This document shows, one piece after another, positions 1-13,802 of a DNA stretch of 64,000 nt. The notes beneath the pieces were generated by a model, which was not told the origin of the DNA, did not search any database, and saw only the letters and a list, made by a program, of their open reading frames with translations. Position 1 is the stretch's first letter. Every line of letters starts with the position of its first letter. A program made the translations under genes and the position numbers. The DNA is from Saccostrea echinata (taxonomy: Eukaryota), in assembly GCF_033153115.1 (NCBI RefSeq), contig NW_026889772.1, forward strand, positions 1,054,001-1,118,000. The letters are read 5' to 3'.

Positions 1-760
1 GAAATATGTCCCCCACCCATGGCACCACTTGGTGGTACCACTACAGCCCCATCCTGATAGCGGGAAATGATAGTCCTAGGGACCCTCTACCTTGCCCCAG
101 TAATGATTTGAAGCACACTTCAAAGATAAGGGGTATAACATCTGACTTTTAATCCATATATCAATAGACAAAGTGAAATACAACAAAGTTCAGGTTACCT
201 AACTGGCCTTTTCTAATCATTGAAACCTGTCAAAAAGTTGACAAGGGATACTCCCTAATTATGGCCCTTAACTTTTTTCCAGTTAAGTGTTAGTTTCTTC
301 TAGTGGTCCACTATAGTTGAAAAATGAAAGCTTGAAATATGTTCCCCACCGTTGGCACCACTTGGTGGTGCCACTACAGCCTCATACCGATTGCGGGAAA
401 TGATAGTCCTAGAAATCTTCTATCTTGCCAGAGTAATGATTTAAAACACACTTATAAGATAAGAGGTATAATAGCTGCTTGAAATATGTAACCCGCCCTT
501 GGCACCACATGGTGGTACCACTTCAGCCTAATTTTCATGGCCGTATATAATAGCACTGTGGATCGTTTACCTTGTGCCAGTAATTGTTCGAAGCACACTT
601 CAAGGATCATAACTTAAAATAGATTAAATTACCTTCAAACCCTTATCAATGTAAATGTTAGGAGTAAGCAAATTTCAGGTTAGCCTTTTGGCACCATCAT
701 ATTCCTGAGACCCGTAAAAGAGCTTAAAAAGGATTCTCCCGGAAGTACTTAACCTATTTC
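1..760. repeat. Degenerate tandem repeat (about 147-bp unit, copies at 1, 334 and 481), probably satellite within a repeat element
   Basis: The unit GAAATATGT..GGCACCACTTGGTGGTACCACTACAGCC..AGTAATGATTTGAAGCACACTT recurs three times. The segments after copies 1 and 3 are also similar (TTCAGGTTA). Confidence 0.7.
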
Positions 761-1106
761 CAATGTTGGTTTGTTCTTAAGCGATCAAAGGTGGTGACAT
801 TTTCTTTTCTTTCTTGTTTGTTTGTTTTGAAACCGCATAATTTTCCTTATGCAGGTGAGCTAAACTGCCTCCAAGTGTTTGAATTATTAAATAATTAAGT
901 GTTGCATTAATTATCTAATTATTAATTATCAATTGTCGAAAATGAGCCATTAAACAGTATTGCGTCAGAGTACTCTCAGTCCTTTGATGAATTTCCTTAT
1001 TGGCTGCTAGCTTCTACGGGCTTAATGGCTGCTGTTATTGGCTGCTAGCTTCAGTCTAGTTGTAACTTTTGTTAGTAAATACACACACTCTGTTTTAATT
1101 TCAGAC

Positions 1107-4100
1107 ATGACGGACCCCCATTCGTTTATTTGTGTTTTCCTGCTTCTTTGCAGCATTAATGGTAAAATTTTCTTCTCTCTTTCGAAAGTAAAGGAAACTT
1201 TTTTTCATCAAGTTTTTGAAGCAAAGAGAACAAAAAAGAGACCTATAATCGTGAAGCATACTTTTATTTGTCTATATCAGGAATAAACTCTGCTACCACC
1301 ACGAGTGAAAATCCAACGACTACTGAAACAACAGAGTCAACAGTAGAAGCAACTACATATATACATACTACAACAACAGAAACACCAACAACGATAGAAG
1401 TACAGACAACAACAGAAGTACAGATAACAACAGATGTGCAGACAACAGAGCCATCAACAACAACAACAGATGTGCAGACAACAGGGGCACAAATGACAAC
1501 ATCTGAGACACAAACAACAACAAATGCACCAACAACAACGGAGACATTCACCACAACATCAACTGAAACACCAACAACATTAAAAGAAACAACAACAATG
1601 GAAGCATTAAATACAACAGAGGCAATGACGACGACTAAAGATAATCCCACAACAACAGAGACAATGACAACAACCACCGAAATTCCTACAACAATCATCA
1701 GTCACGCACAAACAACCACAACAGTAGTGACAGAGTCATCATCACCTAAAACAGTTGAATCATCCTTTACCAACACAACTGATCTACCGACAACAACGAC
1801 ATCTTCACCACAATCAACAACTACTACAAGTGAAACAAACCAGACAACTTCTGTATTACTTGACACGTCAACGACAATACCTCCAACAACACAAGCGACA
1901 AGCTCGCAAATGAATTCAACGTCCATGGCTGATACCACGACAACAACCATGAGAGCAACAAACACTGAATCGACGACAATGAGAGCAACGAACACTGATT
2001 CACAAACCACCATGTCATCTGCAGCACCTGATGATAACCGAACAACAACAACAGTAATGTCAACAACAACAAACAGAGATACGTCAACAGAAAATTCTAC
2101 TGATAAACCGACAACAATAATGTCAAGTAATAACCAGACTGTCGTATCTACTTCCGATACCACGCCAACTGCTAGTATGTCGAGCACTGTCTCTGTGCCA
2201 GACACAACGACAAATTCAGGTATTATTATTTAGGGCTCCTTTTGCATTTTAGAAAATACCTGGTCATTATATTCATCGTAAAATACCTGGTCATTATATT
2301 CATCGTACACATTAAGTTCAGCCATGGAATCGTTGATAAATATAAATAGGCAATCAATTACTGACCGATCATAATTTGATCATCAATCAGCTTTACAACT
2401 TCTTTTCAACATTCTACATCACCATTGCTCTTACAGTGGGAGTGCCGAATGTGACTTTGAGTCCAACTGTGGTTGCCATCCTTGGTATGTCGGAAGACAA
2501 CTCCCGCGATGAGCCCCACATGGTGTGCGTATTTGCAGACCCTGGCGGTAATCTATTTTTTCTTGTTAAGTGGTACATCAATAATCAGCTATTATCAACG
2601 ACTACGTATGGAGCTGTGAACCACCAGAACATCAACACAACAGCAGCCCTCAAACCTAAGCACTGGACAGCAAACTACAGCATGAACATGAATGTAAACA
2701 CTTTTGAAATCTAAAAAGTTTTACAGTTTCACACAGATTTTTAGCAAACTTCTTAATCATTCAATGCATTATAACTTTTTGAAATCTTTTGACAATAAAT
2801 ATAACATATTTTATCCATATCATACATTGATTATAGGCTCTTGAATGTGTTTCGATCACAAAAAGATATGAGGTTTTATTCTAAAAAAAAATCTTAATTC
2901 GCCATATCTTTTATTTTTTCTATTAGTATAAGTTAATGGTATATCGTTTTCTTATCAATTGTAGATAAAGTGCTCAGTGCACGCGCAATATCTTGTAGAC
3001 AGTGGCCAAGGTCTTCCCCACGAAAGTGCCAACTTCTTTGCTGGAATAACGGTAATTCAAAATATTCTCACTCGAATTTGCTCCATGTATTAAATAATTG
3101 TACAACGTAGGATTACTACGAAGTCCCAATTTTCAATTAACAAGTAAAAACTGAGTAATCGTCGATTTATATCTACAATCTGTCAGTATAAACAAGTAGA
3201 AATTAAGTAATCGTCGTATTATATCTACAATCTGTCAGAAGATGTTTACCATAGAAAGGTTTATGTTCTTAGATACAAGAAACAAATATCCAAGTCAGTG
3301 AAGGAGATACTACACAGATAACCCTCACAAGTTCTGTCCCTGTTGGCTGTTCAGCTTCACTCACTGCAGCTCAAAAAGAGGCTCAGTGCAAAGCTAATTT
3401 GCATATAATCACGAGTGAGTGGGACTGGTGCTGGAATGGTGTTAAATATCTAGGCGTTGCATTCCCTGACAATGGCTGTCACGTGTCTATCCCATATAAG
3501 TACTGGGACCAACCTGTGACACTAAATGTGACTGGGTATGTTGATAGTGTGAAGAACTGGTGGGACAGATATTCAAGAGTCAAATTTAAATCTACGACAA
3601 ATCCAACCGATAGATCAGATGCATGGAACAACGTCACAATCGACCATATTGTGTCTGTAAGTTTCATGATGAAGGAACTTGTTCTCTTCCTTTTCTGCAT
3701 TCCTGAAATGATCTTAAAACATTTGCGTAAACTTGGTGAATGGCCAAAGTTAAATTAATGTCATTGTTATATACAAAGTATATCTTAATGACCCATTTCA
3801 TGCAGAGGAATCTAGAATTAGGCAAGCAATTTGCCATTGGATTTTACAAAAATGAATTGAACTTTTTCGTAACTTGCAAATTAGTAATGTAATTGATTAT
3901 AAAAAGATTTTTCCCAGAAAACAAGCCTTTATTTGACATGAATTGATAAACAAAGTTTTGCCAGTGATCTGATTTCAATTTTCAAATTATCGAAAACCAA
4001 AGCACAGATGACATACATTGTACACAGATCAGACAGTTTATTTACATTCAATGAAACATATGTTTTGCAAACATATGTCATACTCTCAAAAAGTGAAGGA

Positions 4101-7100
4101 AATATATGTATTACGAAAAACAATTATTTAAGGAATGAGTATTTATTGTTTTTTGCACAACTTGGTTCCTCAGCAAAATATAAAATTCCATTCTTTTGTA
4201 TCCTCGATCGGCTTATTGGTAACTTCTAAACGCCAAATATACCTGAACTCAATGTATTTGAAAAGGCTCTAAGAAGAAGCTGTTGAATCTTACAGGTGTC
4301 TGTTTCGGATGAAAGCTCCTATACCTCAGGGGGAGGAATGTGTGGGGGGTTCAATGACCCCCACATGGTGACATTCGACAGGAGGTATTGGGAGAATCAG
4401 AGAGTTGGAGAATTTGTTATGTACAAACACAAAACGAAACCTTTTGCGGTAAGAAATGCATAAGACCATAAACGTTTTGAGAAAGGGCACAATTTCTAAT
4501 CATAATATAGGTATACACTAGTATACAGATCACTGCCATCAAAGACGTGGTGATTTTAAAACCTATACAAACACAGAACTTCTAGAACTTCACAGAACTA
4601 TACAAACCCAGAACTATTCTAGTGACACGAAAAATACAAAATAATACCTCAAATAGTTAAGTATATATACGGCATTTGGGAATGGGACATGAACAGATAA
4701 ATAAAACAAAAACAGAAAAGGTACTTTTATACCTAGGAATTAATAAATTACGATTTTTTCATGGTATTTCTCCAAAATAAGCTCAAAAACTAATCTCTGA
4801 CTATGAGAATCAACTGTGGGTACAACAGAAGAAAATCAATCGTAGGTAGAGGGACGTTGTCATTTAGAAGTGTATATTATTATTCTAATCTTAAAGATCA
4901 ACTGCCTGCCAATATAATGTTTAATTATCTTCTTTTTTATGTATACATTTAGGTGCATGCGCTGTACTCCACCTGTTACCCGTGGCGGGCGGCATGTAAT
5001 TGTGGGGTAGCTATTCGGTCCGGGAAGAATTTGTACGTAGTGAGGACATGTATTGAGGTCTCCTTTCAAAAAGTTAATCTCCTCAGTTACCCGTACGAGA
5101 GATATGATGGATGTAGCCAGGAGGACGAAATCACTGTACAAAAACTCGGCACCAATTACAGAGTAAGAAATTTCAAATGATAAAATAACTTGCTGCAACA
5201 CAAAGACATAAATCATACGTAAGCTGAATAGTTGGTAAATGATTTGAAGAAGTTGTATTGCTTTACTTCTAGTAATCGAAATATTTTTGTATTGCAATAA
5301 AGAAAACGTAGTTTTCGTTTAAAACTCATGAATACAATGTAGAAAAATGAACTGGTGCTTTAGTTCACTGCTGACAGTTGTACACGTTCATAAATACTGC
5401 TATCTTTATACCGAATACCTAGCAAGTAATACGTGTATATTTATAAATGAACAGGTGATATTACCCAACATGTAATACCTGCATCTTCATACATGAGCAT
5501 ATCCAGCATTATTATCCAGCATGTAATACCTGTATATTTTTACTTGAACAGGTGACATTAGCCAGCATTTAATAAGTGTATCTTTATTTCTGAACAGGTT
5601 ACATTTCCCAACATGTCATACTTCTATATTTTTTACCTGAATAGGTGACGTTACCTAGCGGTACCGAGGTGTCTTTCTCCTTTAATTCATGGTCCCATTG
5701 GATCAACTATATACAGATCGTGGCGTCCCCGTCTGACTTTCAAAACACCGAGGGTATATGTGGCTACTACGATAATGATTATACCAATGACTTCATCCCA
5801 AAAAATAGCAATTCTCATACAAGTGACGAAAAGGCATTTGCTTTGTCTTGGAGGTAAGGGAGAAAACTTTAAACTTGAGTTGCAGTAATTAGTCATTATG
5901 AAATGATGTAATTAGTCATAACAATATGACCAGGAAGTTCTTTTTTATTATGGCATTCATCGATGATTTTAACTTTTCCCTTGAAAGTGGAAATAAAATC
6001 GACTGATATCAAATATATTAATGACTTTTCTGTTGCAAAGACATTTATTCCACGTACTGAGTTATACATAATGATTTGAAGGATAAAATCTACGGTATTA
6101 AAAATGTTAATGATTTTTCTGTAAAAATATAGTTGACTATCTGTATGATGCCAAAACCTTTACTATGACATTTATTCACTACTGAGCTATATTACGATTT
6201 GAAGGGTCGGCATCGGTAATTCAGATAGCCTCTTTAAGAAAAATCCTGACGTCATTTATGGGACTTCGTAAGTAGAACTTCAGATTAAATTTTTTTGCCA
6301 ATGTTGTTTAAAATGTCTACATCGTATTATCAATCTAACTAAACTTGTCATTCAACTTTTAGATCAGGCGGCAGTACACCACAAAGCCAGGTGAGGTACT
6401 GTACGTGTTCCTCTTTTTACCAATTCTATGACCAGTGGTATAACGTTCCATTCGATCCCAACTATGCAACATGTAACCTTGAAGCCCCAACGGAACCATG
6501 CTCGGACAAGGCCGGTCAGACCGTTAACGTTTGCTCTCTGAACAGACGCAGGCGCAGTACTGCCGATTCCGATGACGTCATAGATGAAATAGAATTTGGA
6601 TATGATCCGGAATTTAATCCTAGCATCGAACTTAACGTAAGAGAACTTGTCTTTTTAATGTAGACATATTAAGCGTTACTGAAAAAAATAATATTTACTG
6701 GAATTTTATTCCGTTTTATTGTTTTTAAGGTCAGCGATTGGATTAGGGTTAGGATTATTTTCTGGTATTTAATTCCTTTTATTGTTTTTAAGGTCAGCGA
6801 TTGGGTTAGGGTTAGGGTTAGGATTATTTTTTGGGGGATTTAATTCCCTTTTATTGTTTTTAAGGTCACCGATTGGACAAATGGTTGGAACGAGGAAAAT
6901 GCTACACAGTTTTGTAACGAATCCTTTACACACGATTTGGCTGTGGTGACGTGTATTGAAAAGGTCAACACCAGCGTGGCAAAGTACATCAATGGCTGCG
7001 TGGAGGACATTAAGGTTAGCTGACTGTAATGGGAAAAATATGATCTACTCGCTGTAGCGTCCTTCTACATAAACTTGTGGGAAAAATATAATCTACTCGC

Positions 7101-10100
7101 TGTAGCGTCCTTCTACATAAACTTGTGGGAAAAATATAATCTACACGCTGTAGCGTCCTTCTACATAAACTTGTGGGAAAAATATAATCTACTCGCTGTA
7201 GCGTCCTTCTACATAAACTTGTGGGAAAAATATAATCTACTCGCTGTAGCGTCCTTCTACATAAACTTGTGGGAAAAATATAATCTACACGCTGTAGCGT
7301 CCTTCTACATAAACTTGTGGGAAAAATATAATCTACACGCTGTAGCGTCCTTATACATAAACTTGTGGGAAAAATATAATCTACACGCTGTAGCGTCCTT
7401 CTACATAAACTTGTGGGAAAAATATAATCTACACGCTGTAGCGTCCTTATACATAAACTTGTGGGAAAAATATAATCTACACGCTGTAGCGTCCTTCTAC
7501 ATAAACTTGTGGGAAAAATATAATCTACACGCTGTAGCGTCCTTATACATAAACTTGTGGGAAAAATATAATCTACACGCTGTAGCGTCCTTATACATAA
7601 ACTTGTGGGAGAAATATAATCTACACGCTGTAGCGTCCTTATACATAAAATTGTGGGAGAAATATAATCTACTCGCTGTAGCGTCCTATACATAAACTTG
7701 TGGGAGAAATATAATCTACACGCTGTAGCGTCCTTATACATAAAATTGTGGGAGAAATATAATCTACTCGCTGTAGCGTCCTTATACATAAACTTGTGGG
7801 AGAAATAAAATCTACTCGCTGTAGCGTCCTTATACATAAACTTGTTTGTTTCCTTATATCAACTGCCTGGGCAGAGAATGGTTAGAGGAACAAAAAAGAA
7901 ACAAATTTTAGGGTTGCTTGTTAAAAGATCAAGGTCAAAAGTCAAGTTATTACACATTAGTGTGATGAATTAATTTGAACATAGACTTATACTTTCCATT
8001 TGAAGTGAAAGTGATCACAGAAAGGTAGCTGTAGATTTTTTGGGTCAACTTATCAAAGATAAAGATGTGGCTATTGTGATATAATATCATATTCAATAAA
8101 TTTTAGAGAAACTTTGTCAAGGGTCATTATTTAAAGGAAGGACTAATTTTATACCTATTAAGAGACATCCGTATAAATGCATTTACGACACAGATAAACA
8201 ATGAAAATTGAATCTATTTTATTTGCCACCTCGTCAACAAATGTCGGGATCAAAATAACTAAAATGGTTATTAAATATTCAGGCAATACAATATGTCAAC
8301 AACGGATAGATGAATGTTGTATATTGTAAAGTTATTGTGTCAAAAATTAAGGTCAAACACGTATACTTTTCGATAAACAAATTTTCCAGTGCTGCACAAA
8401 ACGTAACATATTTCAACATGTAAACTTTATAATAGCAACTTGATATATGTATAGAGGGTTTTTAAACCACTTGCTCAAAGGTCAAGGTCGTTGATATGAA
8501 TATACTCCTTCTTTCTGCAGTCATGTTTTACATGTACTTATGTAACATATACTTTACTTTCTTAGATGATAGGGAACTCGGAATTTCTTCAGGCGACCTT
8601 GGATACATTGAAGAAGGAGTGCGTAACTACTGCCTCTCGAGACTCTCAGTTTAGTAACTCAACCACTGACGACGGGGGGAGTATCCTTGACCTTCTGAGG
8701 TCATTAGTCTGCCCTAATAACTGTTCAGGACAAGGAGTCTGTGTCAATGGTAACTCTTCTTTTTTGATGCTCATTATCAAATTTTAAAGATACTGTCGTA
8801 TTTTTCAAATGTATACCCACGGGTGAAAAACCCGATCGCATGAAGCATACTGTGAAATTAATTATTGATTTGTTTCGTTTACAGAGACATGCAGCTGTAA
8901 CACAGGTTTTATAGGAGAGGACTGTTCTGTAGAACTATCAACACCGCCAGCAAACATTACAATTCCTAAACAAGGAGTATGTGACACTAGCGTGCGCGCG
9001 TGTCAGAAAACCAACATCGTGGGGACGTTCTATAGCGAGAATATTATTGCCAAATGTAGTTATTTCAAGGTATAATTTAGTCTGTTGCTGAATTGTTAGG
9101 CATTTAATTGCACATGATGAAGACGTTATTGATCCGAGTTTGAGTTAAATGTAACTTTATCGGCGTCTTTAAAGTTTTGATAACAAATAATATCCCATGA
9201 GTATTGAAATTTCAAACATTTCAAAATCCCAAGTGACATCATATATGGATGTTCTATTCAAGTGTCGCTAATTTGGGTCATGCTTCATTATTTATGGCAG
9301 ATAGTGACAAAGCACATGCAATCTGATGAACTTTATACTGGACTGATGTCATTAACATTTGGAGCAACACATTCTGGCCATTTTTAAATGTCACAAAGTG
9401 ATTATAAAATGTCTGCGTTGAGAATATTTGAGTAAGCAGTATGAAACTGTCTGTCTCTCAGTATTCATTCACACGCAACTTATGATTCAAATATTCGGTA
9501 TCACGAATATTGTATTTTTCCATTGTTTCACCTAATTATCTAATTTTTGCTATTAATACGCCTTGTTTTAACAGATAAACAATGTTTAGAATATTATATC
9601 CATGTAGTTGTTTTATTTTTCGTTTATGTGAAATACTTTCTATGACTCTTTAACTACAAATAATAACATCCTACTTTAAGGCAACACCTAGCGGGAGGGA
9701 GAACTCGACCCATGAAGTATTCGCGGAAGTGCAGTACAGGCACATAAACCTGATAACGGTAACCATTCCAAGTCCCCCGACTTCGCGCAGGCGCAAACGA
9801 TCTACCGGAGGTGACGTGCATGGATGGGACATTCAGCTGAGCTACGACAACACGACGTATGGCGATCCTGTCGTCATAATGCTGTTTGACAGTACAGCTA
9901 AATCCTGTGACACAACGACCTTCATCTGTATAAGCAAGGTTAGTATCAGTCTGTGTATGGTGTTTGACTAGTACAGCTAAATCCCGTGACACCACGACCT
10001 TCGTCTGTCTTCGGAAAGACAGAATTTTTTGTCATATATAAATCGTTAATGTGACTTCACTGAAACCTTTAAAATCATTTTCAAAAATCAAATTAGATCG

Positions 10101-10846
10101 CCATTATTACCCTTTATCACCTATCCCACGTAATTCTCGTTCTTTGTTGTCCTTTGTCTTTCATCTTAGGGTAATATTTTAAAAATTAACTACATGGGAT
10201 ACAATACTTAAATGGCCGTAAACTGTATTTTTGAAAGAATCCAATAGATATATCTTATCCGTATCTTATTTTGGAATAAATGTTTTTACGTTAATTACAG
10301 GTCACAGCTGCGGAACCAGAATCCGGTAAGCTATATGTGGGGCGAGGGGGGGATTCGAAAAAGAAACTTGTGAAATATGGAGTTTACTTTCTCTGTTAAA
10401 TAACTGTGGTACTTTTGTTTAACTTTTTAGAAAACAATGCTGGAATCATCGCTGGGGCTGTCATCGGAGGGGTGATCGTTATAGCTATCATTGTCGGTAT
10501 TATCATCTACATTAAAATGTACAAAAGGTTAGTGGTATCACAATTGTGTCATCTCACAATGAAACATTGAAAAAATAAGATACAACACTTAAGAAAGGTA
10601 TTCAAAATTACCTTTAAACAAGAGACTAAAATATATAAGATATCGAGATTTCAAAACTTTAAAGAATAAATGTTAACTTTTCAATCCCAGTTAAATTCTT
10701 TTGCAGTCTTTGATAATTTTGCAATGAACTCACTCCGTATCTGGATTTAATTAAGTGAATGTATTTTATTTAGGGTCAAAGGGCGTGTGAGTGATAGTGA
10801 GGCTGATCTGAGGAATAAAGATTCAGTACCATTGACCAGTACCTGA
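1107..10846 (+). CDS. von Willebrand factor D and EGF domain-containing (VWDE-like) type I membrane protein with an N-terminal Thr-rich mucin domain, 1200 aa
   Basis: GT-AG exons with consistent phases: 1107-1161, 1281-2219, 2437-2693, 2965-3051, 3273-3656, 4296-4448, 4953-5162, 5645-5853, 6205-6267, 6363-6636, 6865-7014, 8566-8749, 8885-9069, 9681-9938, 10301-10325, 10431-10527, 10774-10846 (3603 nt, no internal stop). Signal peptide MTDPHSFICVFLLLCSING; mucin exon; SANFFAGIT; VWD motifs CGGFNDPHMVTFD, CNCGVAIRSG and [69 protein letters not shown]; short cytoplasmic tail; AATAAA near 11572. Confidence 0.9.
1281..2219 (+). other. Thr/Ser-rich mucin-like exon (exon 2 of the VWDE-like gene)
   Basis: About 313 codons, ACA-rich, with internal repeats TTTEVQ/TTDVQ and TTMRATNT. 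Phase-1 splice sites on both sides. Confidence 0.9.
7029..7845. repeat. Intronic 48-bp minisatellite, about 17 copies
   Basis: Unit AAACTTGTGGGAAAAATATAATCTACACGCTGTAGCGTCCTTCTACAT. Starts about 15 nt after the donor at 7015. Confidence 0.95.
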
Positions 10847-11613
10847 ACATAATGTTATGCTCAGCATGGACTGCTATGTGACGTCACAATCAATTACGAG
10901 TTCATTGGTTGTAGAACTAAATAAAATTACACTGTTATTACATTGTAATTAATTATATTGAACAATGAATGATTGATATAAAAAAAAGTCATGTAGATTT
11001 TTCACTTAATGAAGAGCTTACTTTATATGAGCATATAGAAAACTAAGCTATGTATGTGGGTTAATGACGAGGAAAATTTTTTTCCGAATTTTTTTTAGCC
11101 TAATCTTTTTTTCATATTAGAGATAATGCTGGTTTAACGTGTACAGTTCTTTTTTTAGGGTGGGGTTATATTTTTTACAGAAAAATTACCATAAACCGTT
11201 TTATGTGTATAGGAATTGTCAGTTTAATATTTATCTTCTTATCATAGAAAATTATTTTTGTATCCAAGTCTTCTGTGATGTGATGCTGTGATATCAAGTG
11301 TGACGAGATTTTCTACTTATAACCAGTGATAGTATTCACTTTTACATGTACTTATATTTCATTCATCGATGTCATTGTGCCTAGATCCGTCCTAGAGTTT
11401 GAATCTGTGATAATTGTCTTAACTATGCATGTATATGATATGTGAGTAATTAGCTATATAAAATATGTCTCGACTTTTTATTTACCGGGTATTTACAGTC
11501 TTCACTGTACGATATGTTATTTTCAAACAGTTGATTATAAAGTAATTATAATTAAAAAAAGTGGTGTCATCAATAAAAATGACTAATTTCATGTTTAATT
11601 CGACAAGAATCAT

Positions 11614-12919
11614 AGTTAAAACATGATTGTGACGTAAACCTTTTGTTTGTGTTGTCCATTTTATAGCTTAATGTTGAGCTAATTCCCCAAACAATCCATT
11701 AATTCACCTGTAAGTGTCCGTTCTTTTTGGAAAACTGACCATTCTTTTTAAGAATGGATATTTTTTTAAAAAAGAATGGACAGTTAAAAGAAACAGAATG
11801 GAGAGTTACAGGTAAACTTTGGGATGTGCCTAAGAGGAAACAAACACAAATACATTAAATACGATTTAATTTACATGTAAATAACAAAAAGAACGTAGAG
11901 ATCTAAGTTAATCCAGAACACAATGTCTGCACAGCATCCGCTCGATTTTACACTTTTAAATTCATGAATAATGCCCATTATTTCAATACTCAAAACTCAA
12001 TTTTCACAAAACTTGAATTTAAATGACACAATTTCACATTTGATTTAAATTTCGAAAACATCATTCCCTTGAGAAGAATCCATTTTAATGAAGTACGGCT
12101 TATACTAAATCCACTACCCAAAAACAGTTTGCACCATGAGCACTACACTGCTTCTATAGAAAATATGTAAAATTGAAACATTTCCAGATTTGATTTGAAA
12201 TACATTTTCAGGTCGAAGTTTGGCTCGTGGCTAATCCAACACTCAGAACACAATTTGCATCTCACCATTACACTGCTGCAGTCAATATATCCTCAAAAAT
12301 TGAATTGAAATAAAACATTCCCAGATTTGATTCGAATTTGATTATCTGTCGAAGAAGAAATTCATTTTGTGGTCAAAGTTTGGCTAATATTTCTTTTACT
12401 ATTCTCTGTTCCCAGGTCCAACAATCACTGATTTTGTGCATCTTTTAGTTCATTGGATTTTGATTCTTTCATATACTCTCTCCATTGGAGGTAAGCACGC
12501 ATGTCTTTTCAACGCAAACTATAAACTGATTTTGAAGCATCACATCCTTGTATAAATACTAGTATCCCCCCAAATCCACCTGTAACTAACCGTTCTTTAG
12601 ACAAAAACCTTTTGTTATTTGCATTTGAAAACGCATGGACTATTCAACAAATTGCTCTGCATCGCAGCTTACCTGTGACTGTCCATTCTGTAAACGATGA
12701 ACTTGTCATTGTATGTGTGCTACCTGTCATATCTGATACCAGTATTGTACATTTTTATTTAATTCTTAGAACAAAGGAAATCATGTTTTAAGTAGGAAAA
12801 AGGCCTCAAACTGTCCATTCTGTGAGAAAAAAGAACTAATCTCGGGCTTACGGCCCTCGATTAGTTCTTTCTCTCACAGAATGGACAGTTTGAGGCCTTT
12901 CTCCTTTACATAAAATCAT
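11614..12919 (-). mobile_element. Non-autonomous long-hairpin element (Crypton-like architecture)
   Basis: Absent from the duplicate copy (empty site near 22795). AATCAT direct repeats at 11608-11613 and 12914-12919. Hairpin 12799-12900. Inverted AAAACATGATT / AATCATGTTTT at 11618 and 12779. Confidence 0.65.
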
Positions 12920-13679
12920 GAAAAATAAAAGATCATATTGACATAACTAACCCCCCCCCCCCAAAAAAAAAACAAAACAAAACAAAACTAGCGTCTCTGT
13001 AATCGTTGCTTTGAAAGGCATTACATAATTATCCTGTTTGTATTGAGCAATATAAGAATGATTGAATTATCATTGATATAAAGATACAATGATCAGTGAC
13101 GTCATTAAAAAAGTCTCAACTGTTGTATCTTACAGTGTGTGGAGATGGGAATAAAATTAAACTGATTCTACTGATAAAATCACCGTAATTTTTTAAGGTA
13201 TAAAAGAAGATGGTGAATTAATTAGTATTAAAATCCACTGATCAATCCTTTGAATCCAGATATGAAATATTTTACAATGAAGATGAATTAATTTGTTGCA
13301 GTGAAAATAATGATTGATATATTTAGAATTAACAATTAAGTTTGTTTACAAGGACCAGATAAACTTGTTAGTTTAAGTGTGTTAATGGGTAAAAAACTGT
13401 GTGCAAGCTATATGAAATATAATTGAATACAGTATAAAGCGAGATAACTCCTACCAGAACGGCTTATTTGAGGGCCGGATGTTAGTAGTGAATGTTGACT
13501 TCATTGTAGTTTCAGGAATATTGTTTTACCTTTTAGTAATAATACTTTTGTTCTTCATTGATTTTCAATTCAATTTCACTTTACGTTATTTTTCCAATAA
13601 GAACATTCACAACAAGCTACAATTGTAGATCTATATTTTGTATCTTGTATAATTGTGATAAAAAGATGTGTGTTCTTTC

Positions 13680-13802
13680 GGAATTCTATGGTCATTATAA
13701 TAACCTTCTTAGTACTTATGACCTATCAATGGGTCGTATTTTGGCTGACGTATTTCATACCAATTATAAAGCCTTTGTTTTTATACCTAATTTGACTACG
13801 GA
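13680..13802 (+). mobile_element. Penelope-like element 3' fragment
   Basis: Similar to 24640-24720 (TTCTATGGTC..ATAA..ACCTT..GCTGACGT..TTCATAC), the end of the Penelope ORF. Confidence 0.55.

Noticed and set aside
1264-2205. Val-rich minus-strand ORFs
   Set aside because: Antisense shadow of the ACA-rich mucin exon.
7016-7837. Repetitive 273-aa and 206-aa ORFs on both strands
   Set aside because: Artefact of a stop-free 48-bp intronic repeat. The spliced gene model is complete without them.
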